From IMG/VR virus record IMGVR_UViG_3300032092_000001: a stretch of 64,000 nucleotides of DNA; one strand, written 5' to 3'. The notes beneath the pieces were generated by a model, which was not told the DNA's origin, did no database searches, and saw only the letters and a list, made by a program, of their open reading frames with translations. The DNA is from a virus (lineage: Duplodnaviria; Caudoviricetes). Below are positions 18,909 to 25,940 of this stretch, in pieces. The number at the start of each line of letters is the position of its first letter. Within the stretch, counting starts at the first letter, position 1. The position numbers were made by a program, and so were the translations under genes.

Positions 18909-19077
18909 CTTGTTTTCTTGAATCTAGAATTTCACCTCTGAATTGCTGTAGTAATGATTTCAATTCCTGAGCAGTTTTTCTAGCACGTGTTCCCGCACTT
19001 TTGTTTCCATTGTAAAACTTACCAGCATCAATTGAAAGTGATTCAGTTAATTCCTTGATTTTTTCTACTGTTTCCAT
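18901..19077 (-). CDS. Hc1-like (histone H1-like) small nucleoid protein, Bacteroidota type (not in ORF track)
   Basis: METVEKIKELTESLSIDAGKFYNGNKSAGTRARKTAQELKSLLQQFRGEILDSRKQDA (58 aa). The GNK(S/A)AGTRARK core matches Bacteroidota Hc1-family proteins as recalled. Has its own promoter upstream. Confidence 0.85.
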   Translation of the reverse strand: METVEKIKELTESLSIDAGKFYNGNKSAGTRARKTAQELKSLLQQFRGEILDSRKQDA

Positions 19078-19083
19078 GTTACT

Positions 19084-19114
19084 AAAATATAATAAATGTT
19101 TATTTCAATATCAA
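19084..19114 (-). promoter_or_regulatory. Host-like promoter
   Basis: TTG-N20-TATATTTT, 6 nt upstream of ATG 19077. Confidence 0.55.
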
Positions 19115-19130
19115 GATAGTCATTTATCTT

Positions 19131-19604
19131 TTATTGTAAATTTACTTTCATGTTTTTTTCCAAAGTTTTGTATAGGGTGGTTAACAAATCCAAATCCGAT
19201 TTTGTAAACATGGTTTCAATATTGAATACCTCTTCAAAAAATTTAATCAACGACATTTTAATTTCTTTAGATTTTTGTAAGTAAAATGTTTCATATAGAA
19301 AACCTTTAATGAAGTCATAGTGGTCCCCATCAGGTTCAAAAATTATCTTCTCCTTTCTAAAACTTTCAAGTGTTTTTTTCCAACACCATTCAAAGTGTTT
19401 TAAATTATCTTCTTCAGTTAGTCGTATATTAGTTTCATTACCTTCTTCTTCACCTAAATAAGTTTCATATATTAAGTTTAATAACGAAATCATGAAATCC
19501 TTATATAGTTCTAATTTAATAAAACAAATATTGTTTGAGTCTACCCAAAACTCAAATTCGTCCGAATTAACCGGCTTAGATATATATGAAAAAAAATTCT
19601 CCAT
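19131..19604 (-). CDS. Hypothetical protein
   Basis: 157-aa ORF; start codon lies inside a hairpin. Confidence 0.75.
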   Translation of the reverse strand: MENFFSYISKPVNSDEFEFWVDSNNICFIKLELYKDFMISLLNLIYETYLGEEEGNETNIRLTEEDNLKHFEWCWKKTLESFRKEKIIFEPDGDHYDFIKGFLYETFYLQKSKEIKMSLIKFFEEVFNIETMFTKSDLDLLTTLYKTLEKNMKVNLQ

Positions 19605-19621
19605 AGGGAACTATGGAGAAT
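19589..19621 (-). terminator. Intrinsic terminator overlapping a start codon
   Basis: On -: TTCTCCATAG-TTCC-CTATGGAGAA followed by T8; perfect 10-bp stem just downstream of the 432-aa gene stop. Confidence 0.7.
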
Positions 19622-19649
19622 AATAATTAATAATCAGTAATTGTAACTA

Positions 19650-20948
19650 TTATTGAGTTTTTTGGCGATAAGTAATTAAATTTTTCATTTTACTCATTTC
19701 CTCATTAATTAGATTTGTTTTTTCATTTTCAGATTCGCCTAACTTTGAAAACATTTTATCTAATTTACCTTCTTTCTTATCTTCCCCTGCAGTATCTACA
19801 GGTTGTTTCACTCTCTTATAACTTCTATCAACTTCTTTCTGATATAGGTTTTCTTTTCTTTTCTTATTGATTTTCTTACCTAAGTCAGTCTCAACAGCAT
19901 TTGCATATTTACCTGAGTTACCAGTCTTTTCAGAACCTTCAATATTCATTGACAACCATTCATCATTTGGTTCAATCTCATCATATTTTAAATTTTCCAT
20001 GCCAGGAGAATAAGCGAAGTTTTCAATATATTCTTCAACAGCGTCTGATGCTCTATAAGCCTTTTTAGACATCTCTCCTAATTCACCATTTCCTTTTGGG
20101 AAGTGTTTAGGATTCATTTCAAAATTTCCTTTTGAACCTGCCTTAACATACTCTTTCATTTTCTTTTCAACGTCTTTCAAAGCGTTAGAGTTAACTTGTG
20201 AATCTTGTTTGTGCACTTTGTCATAAGCAACTAACCCTTTAGCTTTACCACCCTTAACATTGTTTGTTATCTGTTCTTCAGTAACTATTGACTCAATCAT
20301 ATCAACTAACTCATTCTCAGTTAAATCAACAGTATGATTTTCAGATATTGCAACTCTATAAGTTACTGACTCCTCAAGTGTTTCAAAACCAAAATCATCT
20401 TCGTCTTCAACACTATAGTCTCTCTTTATGTATCTTCTAAGGTATTTTTCTAAAGTTTCTTTATCTTCATCTGATGGGTTCATTAGATTCATTCCACCGA
20501 AAGCCGGATGTGAATCTTCCATACCTCCTAAATCTTCATTAGCTTCAACTTTATAGGTTTTTCCATCAACCTCAAATGATGTTTTACCAGCCTTTTTAGC
20601 CTTTGCCAATTCACCTGTAAACTTATTACCTTCACCAATTTCTTTTTCTAATTGGGTTTCATTAATTTTTCTTATCATTTTATTAATCAATTTATTACTT
20701 AAAATTATTTTTTCACCGTCATTATTTTCAAACTTACCGCCATGAGGTACTTTACCTTTATAAACAACTCTTTTAGATTTATAGTCGTCAGATTTTTTAT
20801 AGTCATACTCTTGCCCAACTTCTAATTCAAAAGTGTCAATATCTTCATTAGTTTCAACTTTTTGCATAATTTTTTCAGTCAACTCATCAGCTTTACTTTG
20901 AATTGACTCATTTAAAATTCTATTGAAAAGTTCTTTACTATTTTTCAT
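19650..20948 (-). CDS. Highly charged putative head scaffold/internal protein
   Basis: 432 aa, E/K-rich; many (I/L/V)xE(S/N/E) sites; GNKFTGELAKAKKAGKTSFEVDGKTYKV motif; TATTTAT upstream. Confidence 0.6.
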   Translation of the reverse strand: MKNSKELFNRILNESIQSKADELTEKIMQKVETNEDIDTFELEVGQEYDYKKSDDYKSKRVVYKGKVPHGGKFENNDGEKIILSNKLINKMIRKINETQLEKEIGEGNKFTGELAKAKKAGKTSFEVDGKTYKVEANEDLGGMEDSHPAFGGMNLMNPSDEDKETLEKYLRRYIKRDYSVEDEDDFGFETLEESVTYRVAISENHTVDLTENELVDMIESIVTEEQITNNVKGGKAKGLVAYDKVHKQDSQVNSNALKDVEKKMKEYVKAGSKGNFEMNPKHFPKGNGELGEMSKKAYRASDAVEEYIENFAYSPGMENLKYDEIEPNDEWLSMNIEGSEKTGNSGKYANAVETDLGKKINKKRKENLYQKEVDRSYKRVKQPVDTAGEDKKEGKLDKMFSKLGESENEKTNLINEEMSKMKNLITYRQKTQ

Positions 20949-20962
20949 GATATCAGTTTATA

Positions 20963-20969
20963 ATAAATA
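20963..20969 (-). promoter_or_regulatory. TATTTAT putative late promoter
   Basis: 14 nt upstream of ATG 20948. Confidence 0.5.
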
Positions 20970-20972
20970 CTA

Positions 20973-21872
20973 TTAATCTTGTCTTTTATTAATATCATTA
21001 ATTATTATTTTTTTAATCATATCAACATCAACATCATATTTCATTGAGATTCTATTAGTTATGTCTTCAAATAATTTACTCTCAGTTAAATTCAAAGCAT
21101 TAATGTCTCCCTGATTACAATAAGGGAATGTTTTACATTTCTTTTTAACGGTTACGAACTTACCTCCAGGTATTTGTGGTTTTGCGGCTCCTCTCCAATC
21201 CTTTGGACTCATTGATTTTGCCCCAAATGCCGGACCTTCATATGAACCTGAAGAACCAGAACCAGTTGCCTCCTTAGCTTCAACTTTTTTTGGTTTTTCT
21301 TTTAAACTGTTTCTAAGAAATTGACTATCCGCAAATGCAATTGGTCCTGAGAAAGACCCACTTGAACCTGAACCTGTAGATTCATTTGACTCCATCTTCT
21401 TTAACTTAGTATAATACTTTGGGTCCTCAGATAAGTGGTCTAATGCTATTAATTTTGGGTCGGCGGATTTATGTTCTTTCTCCACTTTAACCCCCATTTG
21501 ATATTGTTTTTTTAACTCCTGATAAACACTTTCAATTTTATCTTTTGCAGTACAGTTTTTGGTATCTTTACAAGCATGTTTCTTAGCAATATCTCTTAAT
21601 TTCGCCATAGTTGTCCTTTCAGATTCTGTTAAACTTTCCTTTAACTTTTTCTTCTTTCCTTGACAATGAGCTCTTTGACTAAAACCTTTTGGGTTATTAC
21701 AATCAATACTCTTTTTATATTTTTCCGACCACTTTTCAGAAACTTCTGTTTTATTTACTGAGTCTTTAATTTTGTTAATTTCATTAGCACTTTCAGTACC
21801 TCCAGCACCCACAGAGTTGTATGATGAAATTAGTTTACTAATTAAGTCTTTTCCAATATCCATATTATGCAT
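20973..21872 (-). CDS. Mosaic charged protein with DUF5661-like segment (putative head cargo)
   Basis: MGVKVEKEH...IALDHLSEDPKYYTKL resembles DUF5661. Also KWSEKYKKSIDCNNPKGFSQRAHC and a duplicated (E/A)(S/A)TGSGSSGS motif. Confidence 0.6.
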   Translation of the reverse strand: MHNMDIGKDLISKLISSYNSVGAGGTESANEINKIKDSVNKTEVSEKWSEKYKKSIDCNNPKGFSQRAHCQGKKKKLKESLTESERTTMAKLRDIAKKHACKDTKNCTAKDKIESVYQELKKQYQMGVKVEKEHKSADPKLIALDHLSEDPKYYTKLKKMESNESTGSGSSGSFSGPIAFADSQFLRNSLKEKPKKVEAKEATGSGSSGSYEGPAFGAKSMSPKDWRGAAKPQIPGGKFVTVKKKCKTFPYCNQGDINALNLTESKLFEDITNRISMKYDVDVDMIKKIIINDINKRQD

Positions 21873-22110
21873 TTTTTAAACGAGGCTCCCAATAATTTCT
21901 TTGTTGCCACATAAATTTATAAAACTCACTGAAAACTTTAGTTACAATTTCTTTAACATCCTTCTCCATCTTACCATTCTTAATTTCTTTCGCAACCATA
22001 TCTAATAACTTATCCTCAAACTGTTTTACAGTGTTGGATGACATGAATTTTCTCACCTCTTCTCTGGCGATTTTTTCAATCTCTTTGGTTTCACTTTGAT
22101 TAAATGCCAT
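21865..22110 (-). CDS. Hypothetical helical protein
   Basis: 81 aa. Confidence 0.7.
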   Translation of the reverse strand: MAFNQSETKEIEKIAREEVRKFMSSNTVKQFEDKLLDMVAKEIKNGKMEKDVKEIVTKVFSEFYKFMWQQRNYWEPRLKNA

Positions 22111-22114
22111 AAAA

Positions 22115-22714
22115 TTATTCTTCAGTTGGTTTAGTTTTCTTTCTGACCGCTAAAACTTTAGCCCACTTAGATTTGAACTTTTCATAAAAAGTTTGTAACT
22201 TATTTACAGTATTTAACAAATTCTCATCTAATTTCATCATTTCCCCTGACACATATATTCCATTATTTTCACCAATAGTGAAATAAAAATCCATGTCAAA
22301 ATCAACAATTTTACCAGACCAATCCACGTTATTTTTATAAACGTTTAATTGCTCAAAATTAACCAAGTCCGATACTTCGTTAACAAACTCGTCCATTGTT
22401 TCTTGGAAAGCGATTTTATCATCAGTAGTTAATTCTATATCTTTTTTAGTATCCCCGTGTATAACTAATACCCCACCAGAAATTCTATAACCTTGTTCCA
22501 CCTCATTTTTCTTCTCAGTATCATCCTCAATGTCATCTTCAACAGATGTTGGTACATTATATCGTTTACCTATATTTGAAGGGGTTTCAATTTGTTCGTT
22601 AATTGAATATCTCTTTTTAATCTCATTTACATGTGATTTAACAACAGGATTACTTTCATTAATTAAATTCTTAATTTTCCTTAGTTGGTCCTTAATATCT
22701 TGGTTATCTTTCAT
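22115..22714 (-). CDS. Hypothetical protein (putative head protein)
   Basis: 199 aa; N-terminal DQLRKIKNLINES motif. Confidence 0.7.
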   Translation of the reverse strand: MKDNQDIKDQLRKIKNLINESNPVVKSHVNEIKKRYSINEQIETPSNIGKRYNVPTSVEDDIEDDTEKKNEVEQGYRISGGVLVIHGDTKKDIELTTDDKIAFQETMDEFVNEVSDLVNFEQLNVYKNNVDWSGKIVDFDMDFYFTIGENNGIYVSGEMMKLDENLLNTVNKLQTFYEKFKSKWAKVLAVRKKTKPTEE

Positions 22715-23303
22715 TTTCTATATATTGTTTAAATTTTTCAAATTCAAATGAAGGATTTAAATCGGTATATCTCTCATTGAAATTACTCCTACATACAATT
22801 CCATTATACAATTTAATACCTTCTACTTTAGTATTGTGCCCAATAAACTTGTTATCAATTGAGAACTTTACTAATAATTTTTTTGAAATCTCAACTAAAC
22901 TTTCAATCTGTTTTTCAGTATACTTTGCCCAGTACACCTTCTCTCTCCACTTTTTAGTATAAACTTCTGTATTATAAATATCACCTATCCAGTTAGTGTG
23001 GTGAATATCTAAAGGTTTTTTATTCAACCATCCTAAATTTTCAAGACATATAATTATTGAATTCTTATTAATGTCATTGTCGTAAAAAAAATTTGAATAT
23101 GAGTCATCAGGGATTAGACTTAATATATCCCCATCTCTAGTTATAAAATAGTTTGGTACCTTATCATACTTGCCGTTGTTACGGTATTTTAAGGAAGCAA
23201 GATACTCCTCATAAGGACGAAAACTGTTGCAAAGTATTATTTGTTTTTTTTTCTTATTCTTATCAAACTTTTTAAACTTACCATATTTTTTGATGTTAAG
23301 CAT
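22704..23303 (-). CDS. N-acetylmuramoyl-L-alanine amidase (Amidase_2)-like protein, catalytic residues apparently degenerate
   Basis: KQIIL..., PNYFITRDGDILSLIP, NKNSIIICLEN.G, YTEKQIESL, DLNP follow the AmpD/T7-lysozyme layout, but the expected His/Glu positions read C/N. Confidence 0.6.
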   Translation of the reverse strand: MLNIKKYGKFKKFDKNKKKKQIILCNSFRPYEEYLASLKYRNNGKYDKVPNYFITRDGDILSLIPDDSYSNFFYDNDINKNSIIICLENLGWLNKKPLDIHHTNWIGDIYNTEVYTKKWREKVYWAKYTEKQIESLVEISKKLLVKFSIDNKFIGHNTKVEGIKLYNGIVCRSNFNERYTDLNPSFEFEKFKQYIENER

Positions 23304-24210
23304 TTCTATTAGAATAATTTAAAATCTTGTAATCTTCATCCCTCCTGGTTTCTTGTTCGGTGTGAAGTTCGTCGGAATTATTTTTTTTTTCCACCTCAGT
23401 CTCTTGAGGTGTTTCAGTAATCTCTTCTTCTTTCTCTGTTATAGGTTCAGTTAAATTACTATAATATTCTATGGTTTCATCTTTAACATATTCATCATCC
23501 GTAACTTTATCTTCAACTATCTTTTTCATTAGTTTTTCCAGTTCGTCAAGTTCTTCTTTAGTCGGATTAATTGGTTCTTCAATTATTTTTTCTTTTTCAG
23601 GTTCTTCATATTTTCCAACCAATATTTTCTCTAAAATTTCAAGTTGCTCATCAGTCGGAGTCCATTTTTCAGTTTCGGAATTTTCTCTACGTTCTTTAAG
23701 TATTTCTTTAAATTCATCTTCACTCAATACTTCCTTTTCTTCAGGAGACTGTTCTGAAAATTTAACAAGCATGTGTGCAAAAGTTAGTGAAATTATCGGT
23801 AATAATCCACCTGATAAAAACGCAACGATTGTTTTATGAGTATTAAAATCGGTCTTCTCAACACCCATACCTTCAAACAATCCACCAACCATTGCTACCC
23901 AATCTTGGAAGGGTTGACCTGTCTCATCAATATATGTAAAAGAGAAAAATATGTTACCAATCATTTGAATTAGGGTAACAACAAAAAATGGGAGATATAC
24001 AAATCTTCCCATATTAACTGAAACTGCCGCCAAGGCTGACAAGGCGGCAATTTCAATACCAATAGATAAATAAACAGCCCATGTAATAGGGTTTGATAAT
24101 CCGTAGAATGAAGTTACGTGAGAGATTGATACAAAGGCAACAAGTAATATAGGAATTACAAAGGCTGTTATTATAATGTTTTTAATGTTTTTCTGTAACC
24201 AACTTTTCAT
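23296..24210 (-). CDS. Four-TM membrane protein with acidic C-terminal tail
   Basis: Four hydrophobic helices in aa 10-150, then an E/K-rich tail. Confidence 0.75.
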   Translation of the reverse strand: MKSWLQKNIKNIIITAFVIPILLVAFVSISHVTSFYGLSNPITWAVYLSIGIEIAALSALAAVSVNMGRFVYLPFFVVTLIQMIGNIFFSFTYIDETGQPFQDWVAMVGGLFEGMGVEKTDFNTHKTIVAFLSGGLLPIISLTFAHMLVKFSEQSPEEKEVLSEDEFKEILKERRENSETEKWTPTDEQLEILEKILVGKYEEPEKEKIIEEPINPTKEELDELEKLMKKIVEDKVTDDEYVKDETIEYYSNLTEPITEKEEEITETPQETEVEKKNNSDELHTEQETRRDEDYKILNYSNRNA

Positions 24211-24485
24211 TATTTAGTTTGACTTCTGTAATGGTTTATTGGCATATGGTCCTTATCAGAAAGTTCCTCAATAACCAATGTCTGCCACATAGTGGTGTTC
24301 TCTAAAGTATTAATCATCTCTTCTTGAGTCACCACGATGTTTGATAAAGAATCAACCTTATGTGTTAGTATTTCAATTTTCTTATCGGTACTTTTAACCT
24401 GAGAGCCAGTACCACAACCCTTTAAAAAGATAAACAAAATTAAAGCGAATGTTGCGTAAGGCAAATATTTTTGTACTGTATTCAT
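24210..24485 (-). CDS. Putative lipoprotein/membrane-anchored coiled-coil (spanin-like?)
   Basis: Hydrophobic N-terminus ending FLKGC, then coiled-coil; TATTTAT upstream. Confidence 0.55.
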   Translation of the reverse strand: MNTVQKYLPYATFALILFIFLKGCGTGSQVKSTDKKIEILTHKVDSLSNIVVTQEEMINTLENTTMWQTLVIEELSDKDHMPINHYRSQTK

Positions 24486-24525
24486 AACACTATTTTTTTT
24501 TTAATTTATAAAATATTACTTAACA

Positions 24526-24532
24526 ATAAATA
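24526..24532 (-). promoter_or_regulatory. TATTTAT putative late promoter
   Basis: 40 nt upstream of ATG 24485, immediately after the sigma gene stop. Confidence 0.45.
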
Positions 24533-24537
24533 GTTCA

Positions 24538-25362
24538 TTAGATGTAATCAAACAAACTTGAACTCTCGTTACGTAGTTTACGTAAAGCTTTTTCCTTAAT
24601 CTGTCTAACTCTTTCTTTGGTTAGGTTGAAATCCGAACCAATATCTTCCAATGTTCTTGGAGTCCCCGAGATACCGTAATAGTCCTCAACGATTTGTCTT
24701 TCTCTTTCATCCAAAACATTCATAATGTCAAACAACCCGTCTTTAAGTTGTTGGTCCCCGTTGAAAACCTCATCGGGTCTCATTGAGTCCTTATTCTCAA
24801 TTAAATCAATTAGAGTGTCTCCCTCTTCGTTGATTTGATGCTCAAGATTGATTGTTGATGGTAGGTTAACGAATCTACTATCAATCTCACTTCCGTCCTT
24901 TTCAGTCTTCTTTTTCTCTTTATACAAGTCCTGTATAACATTTACAGGAATACGAATGGTTCTTGAGTGTTCGTTTAAAGACTGAAGAATTGATTGTCTA
25001 ATCCACCACACCGCATAAGATATAAATCTTAGGTTTTTGGTCCAATCAAAGTTTTGAATCGCTCTCATTAATCCAATATTACCCTCAGCAATTAAGTCAC
25101 AAAAGTCAACTCCCTGATTTTGATACATCTTAGCCACGGTAATTACGAATCTTAAATTACCCTCAAGTAATTCTTGTTGGATTTGTTGTTTTTCTTTTTC
25201 AGTAATATTTGGAGATTGTATTCTTAAAGATAACTCCCTTTCCCTCTCGGGTGTCATTACCTTAATCTTTCTAATGTCCTTCAAATAATGCGAAATCTCA
25301 TCTTGGTTAATTGGAATAACCACGCTCTTGTCCACCATTTTCTTACTTTTTTGAGTACTCAT
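24538..25362 (-). CDS. rpoD: Sigma-70 family RNA polymerase sigma factor, Bacteroidota RpoD-like (no region 1.1)
   Basis: Region 1.2 ISHYLKDI; region 2 NLRFVITVAKMYQNQG...DLIAEGNIGL...FISYAVWWIRQSILQ; region 4.2 TLEDIG..FNLTKERVRQIKEKALRKLR. Confidence 0.95.
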   Translation of the reverse strand: MSTQKSKKMVDKSVVIPINQDEISHYLKDIRKIKVMTPERERELSLRIQSPNITEKEKQQIQQELLEGNLRFVITVAKMYQNQGVDFCDLIAEGNIGLMRAIQNFDWTKNLRFISYAVWWIRQSILQSLNEHSRTIRIPVNVIQDLYKEKKKTEKDGSEIDSRFVNLPSTINLEHQINEEGDTLIDLIENKDSMRPDEVFNGDQQLKDGLFDIMNVLDERERQIVEDYYGISGTPRTLEDIGSDFNLTKERVRQIKEKALRKLRNESSSLFDYI

Positions 25363-25864
25363 CTAGTTGTTCTTTTTCTGTTTGTGTTAAATTATTAATT
25401 CCTTTATCAATTATCTTATCCAATATCTCGTCCAAAGTTAATACCTTTTTCACTTCAACCGGCTTAAATAAGATATTAAATAACTCATCCAATGGTTTTG
25501 TATCCATTATTCTGTCAAACGACGGGATATCCGTCATATCTGACACATATTTTTGTGTCGGGGTTTCTGACAAATTGTCAGTTTTACTAAATAAGTGAGA
25601 GTAAATTTCAGTATCCATTGACATTATGGTGTCATCGGTTACCGGAAATACGAAGAACATTGCAGTTAATTTAGTCAAATTAATCTCAAGATAATCTGTG
25701 ATTTCATCAACTGTCTTAACTGTTGAGAAACTAACAATAATTCCTGAGTCTCCGTATTGATATGTGACTTCTTTACTTGAGATTTGTGATACAAAATCCA
25801 CAATTAAATTAATATGGGGGTCAGTCTTAGTGTAATCCCCGAAAGCAAATAATAAGTAATCCAT
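25343..25864 (-). CDS. Hypothetical protein with DUF6576-like C-terminal motif
   Basis: Start moved to MDYLLFAFG (25864) because the promoter and terminator occupy 25878-25940; C-terminal LDEILDKIIDKGINNLTQTEKEQL. Confidence 0.7.
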   Translation of the reverse strand: MDYLLFAFGDYTKTDPHINLIVDFVSQISSKEVTYQYGDSGIIVSFSTVKTVDEITDYLEINLTKLTAMFFVFPVTDDTIMSMDTEIYSHLFSKTDNLSETPTQKYVSDMTDIPSFDRIMDTKPLDELFNILFKPVEVKKVLTLDEILDKIIDKGINNLTQTEKEQLDEYSKK

Positions 25865-25877
25865 AATTTTATTTCTA

Positions 25878-25910
25878 CAAATATACAATATGTTTAGGGT
25901 TAAATCCAAA
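25878..25910 (-). promoter_or_regulatory. Bacteroidota sigma-A consensus promoter
   Basis: TTTG-N21-TATATTTG; matches TTTG(-33)/TAnnTTTG(-7). Confidence 0.75.
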
Positions 25911-25940
25911 AAAAAATACGGATTTCTCCGTATTCTTTTT
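25908..25940 (-). terminator. Intrinsic terminator after sbcC-like gene
   Basis: On -: AATACGGA-GAAA-TCCGTATT followed by a T-run; A/T tracts on both sides. Confidence 0.8.
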
